A stretch of 64,000 nt of DNA, from contig OX597819.1 of the NCBI GenBank assembly GCA_951406725.2, positions 134,726,001 to 134,790,000 on the forward strand. The letters are read 5' to 3'. Position 1 is the stretch's first letter. Each line of letters opens with the position of its first letter. Made by a program: the position numbers and the translations under genes. This DNA comes from Octopus vulgaris. Its lineage: Eukaryota. Positions 10,904 to 23,127 of this stretch are shown one piece after another. The notes beneath the pieces were generated by a model that saw nothing but the letters and a program-made list of their open reading frames with translations, ran no database searches and was not told the origin of the DNA.

Positions 10904-13900
10904 GATAACACCGGGGGACGTTTGACAAGTGAGAGCAATAAAACAGTGCTCCAAAATCTATCCACAAACATCGGAAATAAAGAGATCGCATGGAGCCAAA
11001 AAAATAGCTGACAAAGGATTGGACTATATCCGAGTAAGTAATACTCATTGAAATTTATTACTATTTTTCCAAATGAAATGATGTATTTTAACTGGATATC
11101 ACCTCCAAAGCACATGTAAACATGCTTGATACATTACGATCTATCAACACCAAACTATCTCCAACCCCAAACACCATGTACAAAAAAACTACGAATAAAT
11201 TAAATGATACCGGTATTGTTCAACCCAAGAATAACAATCGGGAAGTGCGTACTTTAAACTTGTAACACAAAAAGTATGAAAAACTACACGTGCAAAACAA
11301 TGAGACAACAGAAATGAATGGATCGGTACCCTACAAAAATGATGACCGTCAAAACAAAGGGCCAGATGTTGTTCCTCATGTCTTGCAAATAAAACCAAAA
11401 AGGCATAAATGGACATATGAGGAGTATATTTCAATCATATACGCTTACTTTACAGCAGTGCTCTACCCAAAGAACGAAAACACAACAACATATACATATA
11501 AAATATGGAAGAAAAATAACATAAATAAAGACTTGGATACAGCAATGAACCCTAATAAATTAGCTAATGTACGAAGATGTATTCTCAATGCAAAAAAAAT
11601 ATCAGAAATAGAAATAGAACATTTAAAAGAAAAAATACATCAGGAAAATATAGATAGAATCCACACAACAATGCCAAATAATATAAACACTGAGATAGTT
11701 AAACACGAAGACAAACGTAATATTTCCAACAATAACGAAATAAACAAAAACCAACAAACCCAGACCGTATGAAAAGCAGCAAACCAAAACACGACAGACA
11801 AACATACGAATGAGAAAGAAAGTGACACAAATCTTAAACCTGGAAACAACGAAGGAGAGCCTAATGATTATGATACTATAAAAAGTAGAATAATCAAAGA
11901 ACTGAAAACCACAGATCTCAAAATGGACCATCGACCATACCTCCCAAAACTCAAAATAGACAAAACAACAACAATAATAAATAACATAAACCTAGCTGTC
12001 ACGGAACTAATAGCCACTGAAACAAATAGCAATATCACTGAGCTAAATGACTTAGTATATGCAGCAGCCATTGCAGCCACAAAAGAAGCTGGATACTCAC
12101 CCAAACCCATCCAAGCAGGAGTACCAACACCCAAACAAACCTTGTGGATAAATAACATCCAAAACAAAATACAAAAAATGAGAAAAGATCTGTCGATTCT
12201 TCACGAAATTAGTTGACAATCAATGCTACTAAGCAACAAAAAGAAAACAAAAATACTGTACAAATACAACATCACAGAAAAAGATTTACTTGAGATAAAA
12301 GAAAAGCTAAAGCAAGATATTCTTGCCAAAGCACCAAGGATCCGCCGGTATGAGAAACGCCAACGTTTCTTTGAACAAAACAAACAGTTCAACTCCAACC
12401 CCAAAAATTTCTACTAAGAACTTGGCAAAAATAAAATAGACATCACTGCAGCACCAACGGCAGAAGAAGTGTAAGAATTCTGGAAAGAAATATGGTTGGC
12501 GAATGAACAACCACAGAAAAGAAGTATTAAAACAACAAACTTAGCATCTGAGTAACTCTGGACCCCCATAACAAGTGAAGAGGTCACCCAGGCACTGCAA
12601 AGAATAAGCAACTGGAAGGCACCTGGGCACGACAAGATCCCCAATTTCTGGTTAAAATATCTGACAAGATGCACAAAAAGCTAGCTGAAAACTTTAACAA
12701 CGTACTAGCAGAGCCAGAGACAATGCCTGAATGGCTCACAAAAGGGAGAACCATCTTAATTCCCAAATCTGATGAAACGGCAAAACCAGAAAACTACAGA
12801 CCAATAACCTACCTCCCTACAATGTACAAAGCCTTTACTGCAATAATATCACAAAGATTGAACAAGCACCTGGACGAAAACAACCTGTTTCCAGAAGAGC
12901 AGAAAGGATGTCGCAAAGGCTCATATGGCTGTAAAGATCAACTAATGATCAATAAAGCCATAACTGAAGACAGCTGCAGAAAAAGAAAGGCCTCAGTATG
13001 GCCTGGATCGACTACCGAAAGGCATTTAATAGCATTCCCCATGCATGGATCCTCGAAACACTAGCCATTAACAAGGTAGCGCCAACAATTATAAAATACA
13101 TAGGACACTCTATGAATAAATGGCAGACAGTGCTACAGCTCAAAACAAAAGAGGGACTCATGAAAACCAAAGCCATCCCCATTAGAAGAGGAATATTCCA
13201 GGGAGACACGCTCTCTCCACTCCTTTTCTGCTTGGCACTGTCACCTCTATCGGATATGCTAAACAGAACTGGATGCGGATACAAATGTTACGGCAAAACG
13301 ATCAGCCACCTTTTATATATGAATGACCTAAAACTATACGCTGCAAATGACAAACAGCTGGAAACACTATTAAAGACAGTTCATGGATTTACCAAAGAAA
13401 TAGATATGAAATTTGGATTAGAAAAATGCACCAAAGTAACCCTGAAAAGAGGAAAACTAGTTAAGAGTAGCAACATCACACTAGATAAAACCAATGAAAT
13501 AAGAGAATTAGACCAAAGCCAAACTTACAAATATTTAGGAATCCATGAACTAGATAAGACACAACACACACAAATGAAAGAGAAAATAAAGAAAGAATAC
13601 TATAGACGAGTTAGATTAATACTAAAAACAAGATAATAGGTATTAACACTTTAGCTGTCCCAGTTATAAATTACAGCTACAATATCCTTAACTGAACACT
13701 AAATGAACTGACCAAAATAGATAGGAAATCAAGAAAAATAATGACAGGATCTAAGATGCATCACCCAAAATCTGACATAGAAAGGCTATATATACAACGT
13801 ATAGAAGGTGGTAGAGGCCTTATACAGCTGGAAAACTATTATAAAATAACCACCATAGGACTGCAAAACTATCTACTTCAGAAGCAAGGAAAACTGATAC

Positions 13901-14948
13901 AAATAGTGGCAAAACATGAACAAAACAAAAAACTGTTTTCAGTATTTAAGGAAGCTGACAAATACAAACAAGAAATCATACCACCTAACAAATATGAAGA
14001 AGAAGAAGAAGAAGAAGATGAAGAATCAACAAAAGCTATAAAACAAATGAAATCCAAACTAAAACTAGAACAGCAAAGAACCATGATAAAACGATGGCAA
14101 GAAAAGCCCCTTCATGGTAAATACTGGACTAAACTAAATGCAAAAGAAATAGACAAAGAAAAATCCTAGCAATGGTTGAGAAGCTCAGGGCTCAAAGCAG
14201 TGATTTTTAATTGCAGCACAAGACCAAAGCCTCCCCACCAGAAATTACCAAAAACATGTTTTGAAAAGAAATATAACAAGTAACTGCAGAATATGTGGAG
14301 ATGGACAAGAAACAATAAATCATATTATCTCTGGCTGCCCAATCCTGGCTAAGAAGGAATATATTCACAGACATGATAGAGTTGGAACCTACATACACTG
14401 GAAGCTATGCCAACATTATGGAATAACAACAGAAAAAAGATGGTATAGGCACACACCAGAAAAGGTCACAGAAAACGAGAAAGCAACCATACTCTGGGAT
14501 ATGCCGATACACACAGATAGAGAAATTAAGGCCAACAGACCAGATATAGTTTTCAGGGATCATGAAGAAAAAAAATGCTTTCTAATTGAGGTATCAATAC
14601 CGGCAGATGACAACGTGTCTCTAAAAGAAATGGAGAAACTTTCAAAATACAAAGACCTGGAAATAGAGGTAACCAGAATGTGGAATCTAAAAACAGAAAC
14701 AATTCCTATCATAGTAGGTGCATTAGGCATGATAAAATATTCAGACAAATACATAACAAAAACACCAGGACTTACAAACACATATAACATACAGAAAATT
14801 GCACTACTAGGCACTGCACACATCCTATGCAAAACACTTTCAATACAGTAACCATCAGAGCATCACAACAAATCACAGCACATACCCAAGGCACACAGAA
14901 CTGCGTTCGGTAGTGAAGTGAAAGCACGCTATAAAAATAAAACTACTG
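10904..14948 (+). mobile_element. Near full-length R4/Dong-like non-LTR retrotransposon (RT + CCHC + restriction-like endonuclease), inactivated
   Basis: KAPGHDKIPNFW, NYRPIT.LPTMYK, EQKGCRKGSYGCKDQL, AWIDYRKAF, RGIFQGDTLSPLLF, HLLYMNDLKLYA, CRIC...ETINHIISGCP, RHD, NRPDIV...LIEVSIP..EKLSKY; several stops and frameshifts; flanked on both sides by (TAA)n. Confidence 0.92.
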
Positions 14949-14975
14949 AATAATAATAATAATAATAATAATAAT

Positions 14976-17390
14976 GATATATACAATCCCCTTAAGTATG
15001 AAATAGCCTGGCTTTGATTAATTTAGAAGGTGAAGATAGTGCCTATTATTGTTGGATCCTTGGGGACAGTATCAGAAGGGATATAAAGAGGAATATAAAG
15101 GAAATCTGAACAGAGTACCCATGAGAACCGTTACAAAAGGTTTGCCTCCTTGGCACAGTCAGAATCGTTAGGAATATACTAGATATAGTATAGACAGCAT
15201 GGTGCCATAGGCTGCAGGCAGCAAGCCCACTATGCATGCAATGCTCCAGGGTTTACAATAAAACTCAAGATAAAATGAACAAATAATAATAATAATAATA
15301 ATAGTAATCAAGAGCACTATACTGGCAGCACAAGTCCATACTTTGGCCAGAAACTGGAGGGTCAACCTTAGGAATGAGCAAGTGTCTCTGCTGTGCCACA
15401 TCTGCAATAGAATGGATGAAACCGTTGCCCACATCACAAACGAATGCCTTAGACTTACCCAAAACTACTACAAGTTGTGGTGACACAATCAGGTAGCGAA
15501 AGTGCTACATTGGAAACTGCAAAAAGTGGGGGGTAGAGAGAGGCAAGGCGTGGTATGAGCACAAACCACGGTGAGTGACTGAGTTGGAGAGTAGCAAAAT
15601 CCTCTGGGATTTCTCAATCCAAACAGATCAGGTGCTAGAGCATAATCTTTTCCACTGCCTAGTGGTGGTGGACAAGGTGCACCGCATGTGCTATATAGCT
15701 GGTATTGCATACACCTTTGACTCACCAATAGCCAAGAAGGAAGGCAAAAGATAGATAATTACAACCCTCTTCAGTACAAAATAGTCTGACTATGGAAAAT
15801 GAAGAAGGTGAAGATAGTGCCAGTTATTGTTGGGTCTTTGGGAACAGTATCAGAAGGCATCAAAAGGAATATAAAGAAAATTAGGAGAGAGTTCCCAGTG
15901 GAACTGTTACAAAGGATCTGCTCCCTTGGCACTGCCAGAATAATGAAGAAAGCATTGGATAGCTGAAAAGAATGAAGAACATGGTGCTGTAGGCTGCAGG
16001 TAGTAAGTCTGCTACGCATGCAAGACTCCAGGAACTCCAACAAAACCTGTGATAAAGAGTAATAATAATAATGGTTTCAAATTTTGGCACAAGGCCAGCA
16101 GGTTTTTGGGCGGGCTAAACCAATTAAATCAACCCCAATGTTCAACTGGTACTTATTTTATCAACCGTGAAAGGGATGAAAGGCAAAGTCAACTCCTGTG
16201 GAATTTGAACTCAGAGCATAAAGATGAATGGAATTTTACTTAGCATTTTGCCTGGAATGCTAATGGTTCTGCCAGCTCACCAATGATAATCCTTTCTCCT
16301 GTTGGCAGAAAGCCTAAAATTAATTGAGGGAAAGGAGTCAGTCACTTATCTTGACCCCAGTGCGTAACTGGTACTCATTTTCTTTAATCTCTGAAAGGAT
16401 AAAAGGCAAAGTTGACCTTGGCAGAATTTGAACTCAAAATGTAAAGATGGATGTGATGCTGCTAAGTGTTTTGTCTGCTAATGCTGAAGGGTTTACCAAA
16501 AGTGGACTTGAGAGTGCTTGTGAATTCCAAACAAGAACAGCCAACGAGAGAGAAGAAACCCTACTCCGCATGGAATTACATGGTCAGTTCCACCGTGAAA
16601 CCAACAAATTAAAAGACCAGGAAGCATCATGGAGGTGGCTTAACAAGGGTGACCTGAAAAAGAATACTGAAAGCCTAATCATCGCTGCCCAGGATCAGGC
16701 ATTGAATACCAACTCTGTGAAAAAGAGTATATACCACACAAGTGCAGAATGTGTGGGAAGAGGGTCGAAAGAGTGACTCACACACATTGTTAGTGCTTGT
16801 GAAAGTCTTGCACAGACATGACAAGATAGTCCAAAACCTCCACTGGCTACTTTGCTGTAAGTATGGATATGAGGTTACAGGTGCTTTGTACCAACATATA
16901 CCGGAAAAGGTAATGGACGAAAAGACTTTGACTTCCATACAGACAAGGTACTAGAGCACCGAAGGCCGGATGTAGTAACCTTTAGGAAGGAGAAACGAGT
17001 GCCCAATAATCTCTGTGGCAGTGCCAAGAGATCAACATAGCATCATGAAAGAAAGAGAAAAGGTTGATGAATATGGAGAGCTGAGAATTGAGATCGCTAA
17101 GATGTGTCAGCTACGAGAGTCAAACATAAAGGTTATCCCTGTTGTAATCGGAGCATTGGGTTCAATACCACCCAACCTGAAAAACATTTGGAAAACCTTA
17201 GAAATACCCTACAATCTAGATGTATTGCAAACGTCGACATTACTTGGAACTGCACACATATTGTGTAAAGTAGTGTCTGTCTGAGGTCCTTGTTGTGACT
17301 TGACAAAACAGTACAAACCCCCGGTAGACACAATATCTTCAATCAACAACCTCACAATATTGTATACTGTGGACGTCTATGATAATAATG
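14976..17390 (+). mobile_element. Stack of 5'-truncated R4/Dong-like 3' fragments (about 14976-15278, 15303-16058, 16486-17390) with intervening SINE relics
   Basis: Repeated RLE C-terminal motifs (VPIIVGSLGT, LQK..LLGTARI, LHGQF, ESLIIAAQDQAL.T, RHDKIV..LHW) separated by (TAA)n-like runs at about 15283-15300 and 16060-16073. Confidence 0.75.
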
Positions 17391-18008
17391 ACAACAGTAA
17401 CTAGTAGGGTCTGTCAAAATTCTACAGTGTAAGTTAGCACATTTGGAAACTGTTATATTAAATACAAGCAAGATATTTAAAAAAATTCTTTTGAAATCCT
17501 GCCATTTAATCAAACCTGTACTTCGAAATATAACTGAAATGAACTTAGAAGCTGTTTCTTATTTTCCTTCTTTTAATATCATTGACAGATCTGATGTGCT
17601 TTATAGTTTAAGGAAATAAAAGATGAATTAAAATCATAAAACTTATTTGTGTGTATGTATATATATATATATATAAAGTAAAAACTACATTTTTCATTGT
17701 CCAAACCGCCACTGAGGCTCAGTCAAAATTATTTACCAAATGAGACTATTTTCCTTATCTTTTCATTTCAGTTCAGCTACATATCTACTTGTATATCTAT
17801 TAATATATCAATCTGTCTGTATGCTCATCTACATATTTGTCTGTCTGTCTGTCTCTCTGTTATCTACCTATGATCTATCCATCTATCTATTTATCTATCT
17901 CTATCATTTATCTATCTATCATTCTATCTGTCTGTCTATCTATCCATCTATCTATCATGTAGCTATCATCTATCCATCTACACGAAACCAAACTGCATCT
18001 CATCTAGG

Positions 18009-18299
18009 TGTAGTGAGTGCGCGATTTGAATATAGAGGCACCTACCTTCTCTTCGTAGTGACGGAGACCCACCAGTGATGACTAGTCCTTCCTCACAGCC
18101 CTGACCCGAACACTAACGATAGCAGCTGCTAGCCCAAACCCTTAGCGACGTCCTCACACATCTTGTCACCTCCACGACCCACGTTGGAAAGGGCAATTTC
18201 CGCTCCCTGTGCACGCCTGACAGCTGACCCCTTCTGCTTGCCCCAGCTTCCGGTCAACGCACCCGGCTGCTGACGTCCAGCTGCTGACGTCATCCTACA
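18009..18299 (-). repeat. 3' LTR of the compact Gypsy-like element
   Basis: TGTAG...CTACA termini; 10 mismatches versus the other LTR by manual alignment; preceded on the element strand by purine-rich AGGGTGGCG (weak PPT). Confidence 0.95.
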
Positions 18300-18312
18300 C
18301 GCCACCCTGATC

Positions 18313-21192
18313 TTAAAGATCATGATCTCTCCGCTCCATGTTGTAGTCCACCATCCAACCGGGAGAGCGCCTTGCTCGTCGAGATCTTCTCAAGCTGGGC
18401 TCCTCGTTCTCCCCCTCTCCAGAATCATCGTCCGTCGAAGCAACAATCCTGCGAAGGTCCAAGACGTGTCGTGGTGTTCTATCTACGGATACGTTGCTTC
18501 TGGAATTGATCGCCGTCACCGTTCCTCTGCTCCATTGAGATGTACAGCACGCCTTTGGTGGCTTGACCCAGACTTCCTCCCCTATTTTCACGCGAACGGG
18601 TCCCTTCTCTTCCTCGTGACCCTCCGGCACTTTGCTCGGGTGCCTCCATTCATATTTGAACACAGCTCTCTGCGGCACAGATTCCTCAGCTTGTCTAGAT
18701 CGGGGAGACAAGTTGTACCAAAAAACTGCTTCAAGCGGCGAAATGTGCCCGCTTTCCGCTATGGCCTTGACTGTCCGATGGTGCCTCTCCACGATCCCGT
18801 TACCGCTCGGCCTATACACTGCTCTGAACAAGCGTCGCACATTCCACCGATCAAGCATAACCCTCAATGCTTCCGAACAAAATGCCACCCCGTTGTCCAT
18901 CAGTAGTTCTTCCACGGGACCTCTCTCTAAAAATATCCCGTTCAGGATCTGCACGATCTCGTCAGCAATGCCCGATCTCAACTCCCTCCAAATGGCCAAC
19001 CGGCCCGGCCCACAGTCGACCATGGAGAGGTACATTCGCTGACGGTAGTGTGTCACATCCACAGCTAGCCTTTTCCAGTTCTGCTCCACGGAAAGGCTTC
19101 CCTGCTCATGCCCACACGGAGCAGGGTCGATGGACTGACACCTGTCGCAGCTCCTGACCACATTTCGGATGCTTCTCCTAGTGACGTCAGCATCAATTTT
19201 TTTTGCCAGATACAGGGTCCTGTCCACACCCAGATGATGCATAGCATGCAGTTTCTTCAGTTCAGAGTCATCCAACCAACACGCCGCAGCTATCCCTTTC
19301 CAGGCCTCCTCCGGTTCTTCCAACCACGCTCTTTTCACCCTGGTCAGTACGTCCGCCCTGTTTTTCTCCGAAGGCACGAAAACCACGTTCAGCTTCAGTC
19401 CGAATTCGGCGATCAATTCACCTAGAACTCCTAGACGGCGCTTCACTAACATCTCCGCAGCACCTTTCGTCCGCACTCTCCTGTCACCGGTGATCACCGA
19501 TCCTACCCAGCCAAGCACAGTGGCCGAATCCGTCCACATTTCAATCGTGCACAGCCCCCATTTCAAGGCCAAGTTCACACCTTTCAGCAGCGCGTCTAAT
19601 TCGGCGACATTGATGTGGTTGAAATCATCTGCTTTCCGAAGCCAGGCCGCGTCCTCCACCGCAGTGCCTTCGATTGCCAACACCACCCCTATCGCTATAC
19701 TGCTAGCATCACACCAGACGGTCCCGCATTTCGTCTTGGGCACGTACCAGTTCCCCCTGACCGGGTCTTCCGCTCTTGTCCTCTCTAGGATCTCCTGCAT
19801 CATCGCCACCGTCCCTTCTCCCACCTTGTCGCCCCACCTCTCTCCTTCTGCTCATCTCTTGGTGTAACTACACGCCGTGCGCAGCCATCCAGCGATCGGG
19901 TAGTGACCGACCAACTTCCCACACACCGAGAACAGCTCTCTCCTGCTGACGCTGGAACTCAGCTCTGGGATTTCATTTCCTCTCCGGAACACCAATTCAC
20001 CTGATCCATCTCTTCGCAGCTTCAGCCCCAGCGCGGCTCCCCCTTCAATCGACTCCGGTGGCTTAGCAATCAGTCCGAACTTCTCCAGATGTCTAACTAC
20101 CTCGTCGGCTGGCACTACAGTTTCATCCACCAAAATGGCGTCAATGTAGGAGCTGGTGGCCTTTCTAATCTTGCCGTCTTTCCCTAGAACGGCCCTAAGC
20201 CCTGCCGCCATGATCTTCGGAGCGGAATTCAGCCCGAAACCCAGCCTGGTTAGACAGTACGTCCGGCCCTTGTACCGCACCAGCTGATATCGCCATAGTT
20301 TGTCGCTCACATGGAGCTGCAAGTATGCCGATCTCAAGTCGACAATCGTCGCTACCTCAGTCGACTGTCTCCACTTACGTAATGCCTCACCACAAACATC
20401 TGTCGCCTCACCTCCCGTGTGGCACGATATGTGCTGGTTTAGCTCCCTGAAGTCCAGCACCGGTCTGACTTTTCCCTTCGTAGGCTGCACCACCGCCATC
20501 AGGGGTAGCACTCCGCCCGCTACCTCCTCCTTCCAAGGGACAAGGACCCCTTCCTCGATCCACCTCTCCACCTCGTCTTCAAACTTGACCCTGGCGTGGC
20601 CTTTCAGGGTATGCTGGTAACAGCTCACCCTGTTCTCCAGTGTCGGGGGCTCGTCCTTCCAGTTCCACTCTATCGTCCACCGCTGACCATCGAACGCCGC
20701 CTGAAAGTCTTTGTCCTCGATGGTGTAAGCGGCGCAGTCCCTCGCGGGGCTCTGCTCTCTCTGGCGATCCTGACTCGCAGTGCATGACGCCCCCACACTT
20801 CCGAACGTGACCTCATTTCCCACAACACTGACGCCACCGAGGCAGTTGATGGCGTCCATCCCCATCACCACATCAACTCCATCTATCACGTGTTCGGCCA
20901 CAATTGCCTGCAGACTTAGTGTCGCGCCGCGCACCACTATCTCTACCTTGCTGCTGCCTCTGCAACGGATTTCGCTGCCGTCGACCGCCCGGACACTACT
21001 CACCACGTTCCATTCCTTCGTCACCCTCGAAGTCACCAGGGTGGTCGTACAGCCCGTATCAACAAGGGCCTTGAACGTCTCCCCCTCGGCCTCCACGTCA
21101 ATCAATGGCAGCGTCTCCAATAGCACCTCTACTTGTTTGAGGGGAAAGTTCGAGAGGCAGCAACTTCCCCGTGGTCGTTTCCCTGGTCGCAA
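18313..21192 (-). pseudogene. pol: pol (protease-RT-RNase H-integrase) with one in-frame TGA and a mutated YIDD motif
   Basis: ALVDTGC (PR); DLRSAYLQL, RLGFGLNSAP, SYIDAIL (RT; YIDD>YIDA); WCDASS, HINVAEL, WTDSAT, NRADVLTR (RH); HHLG..CDRC, LAVDVTH, MDNG, NGIVERHH (IN); ORFs 19852-21192 and 18313-19824 are in frame across KR*AEG. Confidence 0.92.
21123..21183 (-). promoter_or_regulatory. -1 programmed ribosomal frameshift signal (slippery heptamer + predicted pseudoknot)
   Basis: G GGA AAC in the gag frame (21183-21177), 6-nt spacer, stem GGGGAAGTT/AACTTTCCCC, loop GCCTCT can pair with downstream AGAGGT; pol is in the -1 frame. Confidence 0.8.
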
Positions 21193-21893
21193 TCACGGGC
21201 AATGTGCCCTGTCTGCCTGCATCGATAGCAAACGGGCCCTGGCTGCGTATAGTCCCGCGCCATGTGCGGTCCCTGGCATCTAAAACACCGTCCTGAGAAC
21301 GGCCGCTCTCGTTGCACGGTGAGCTTCTGTACCTCTTTCTCAGGACGTCGTCCGTCTTTACGCGCCTCTGTCACCGCCATCGCTATCGCCTTCTGCCCAG
21401 AGTGCCTCGTCAACTCGTGAGCCTGAGCTACAAGTTCGCTCAATGGCATCTTTTTAACCCCGGGCAGTCATTGTAGGTGAATCCCTACATTGTCGGGGAA
21501 CCCATTCACGAACGCCAGTCGGGCTGCTCTCTCCAGTCCTTCTCCGGCAAACCCGGCCAGAGTCGCTAGCCTTCTAGCTTCTGATGCAAAGACGTCCACT
21601 TGGCCTCCCGTCCACCTGATTACACCTAGCTTAGCGAAAGCTGTGTACTCGCATTCCGTGTAGGCGTCACGCAAGCGTCGCTCTATATTCTCCTCGCTGA
21701 GCCATTCCTCTTCATCCATCTCTAGGTAGAGCGTCAACGCGCTCCCTTCCAAATACAGCGCCATAAGACTCGCCACGTCGCTTATGCCCTGCAGTCTCGC
21801 CACCAGCCTGATTTTGCGAATCCAGGCCACTACATCGCCTTCGCCACTAAAAGGTCTGACGACGTCACTGGCGATCCTAATTTTTGCAGACAT
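21129..21893 (-). pseudogene. gag: gag with two zinc knuckles and one in-frame TGA
   Basis: ORFs 21468-21893 and 21129-21449 are in the same frame across a TGA (LQ*LPGVKKM); knuckles CFRCQGPHMARDY (degenerate) and CYRCRQTGHIARDC. Confidence 0.85.
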
Positions 21894-21925
21894 CGTGTTG
21901 AAAAAAATGTGAATGCTTAAGAACG

Positions 21926-21937
21926 GCCGAAATAGCT
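21926..21937 (-). promoter_or_regulatory. Putative non-canonical primer-binding site complementary to tRNA-Phe nt 1-12
   Basis: The element strand immediately after the 5' LTR is AGCTATTTCGGC, the reverse complement of GCCGAAATAGCT, which is the 5' end of metazoan cytosolic tRNA-Phe(GAA) as recalled; there is no TGG. Confidence 0.6.
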
Positions 21938-22228
21938 TGTAGTGAGTGCGCGATTTGAATATAGAGGCACCTACCTTCTCTTCTTAGTGACAGAGACCCA
22001 CCAGTGATGACTAGTCCTTCTTCACAGCCCCGACCCGAACACTAACGATAGCAGCTGCTAGCCCAAACCCTTAGCGACGTCCTCACACGTCTTGTCACCT
22101 CCACGACCCACGTTGGAAAGGGCAATTCCCGCTCCCTGCGCACGCTTGACAGCTGACCCCTTCCGCTTGCCCCAGCTTCCGGTCAACGCACCCGGCTGCT
22201 GACGTCCAGCTGCTGACGTCATCCCACA
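21938..22228 (-). repeat. 5' LTR of the compact Gypsy-like element
   Basis: Direct repeat of 18009-18299, followed on + by the TSD CTAGG. Confidence 0.95.
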
Positions 22229-23127
22229 CTAGGCTAATTCTCTTCCTAATTAATTAAGCTATGACTTTTGCTATAACTTTTATGACTTCTCTACTTCTGT
22301 ACTCTGTAATTACATAAACAGTAAAATATCCAGAAAACACAAGCAGTGACGATGTAAACGATAGAAACAAAGCTGTAGAATCCATGAAGTGTGGAATTCT
22401 GTCAGTTATTTCTACAGACATTCTTTAGAAATTAGAGTTAGCGCTGATTTTTTGCTACAACATTTCGTATTGAGACATCAAGGTAAACAAACAGTGAGAT
22501 CAAAGATAAAAATAGGTAATGAGTATGTATAGGCCATATTTTGGTGGGTGGTTCTTGCCCCTTCATCAGGACCCATCTAACCTATTCTCACCTCCAAACA
22601 CATTGCTTATATTGCCATCACATACAGTGGTGTTAAGTTATTGGATATACAAATTTACATATTAAAATCATTCCTGGAGCTGGTATGTAAGCATTAAGGA
22701 CTTGTAGGTACATGACATTTCATTATGCAACCATGGTATAAAGTATATTAAATGTTTTTATAAGTGAACACCATGTTCTGCTGTGTTAGCAGAGCATTTT
22801 ACATTATTTTGTTAAGGTTATTTCTACAGCTATTCTATAGAATAAAGAGAAAGGGTGTAGAATATATAAAAATAAAGGGTGTAGAATATAGAAGCATAAA
22901 GAGTACAGAATATATTGGCATAAATGGTATATAATTTATAGACTCATTGGGTATAGAATAATAAGCATAAAGGGCTTGGAATAAACTGACAACAGCCATT
23001 GCACTGTAAATCAAAATGGCTAAATATTGTATCTGGTCTCTTTTCTTGTCTTCTCTCCCACCTAAACTCTTTCCATTATCTTTGTTTCATTACTCTTATT
23101 AACATTTTCACTTTATTTATTTTATAG

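Larger units (their letters stand above)
18009..22228 (-). mobile_element. Full-length compact Ty3/Gypsy-like LTR retrotransposon (4220 bp) with TSD CTAGG
   Basis: 291-bp direct LTRs (18009-18299, 21938-22228) with TG...CA ends; 5-bp TSD CTAGG at 18004-18008 and 22229-22233; internal order gag-PR-RT-RH-IN on the minus strand. Confidence 0.97.

Noticed and set aside
18322-19425. Plus-strand ORFs overlapping the retrotransposon pol
   Set aside because: They are antisense shadows of a GC-rich coding region with no recognisable motifs.
20233-20242. CCCGAAACCC resembling a canonical tRNA-Phe 3' PBS segment inside the LTR element
   Set aside because: It is on the antisense strand of the element and is simply the coding sequence of the RT LGFGL motif.
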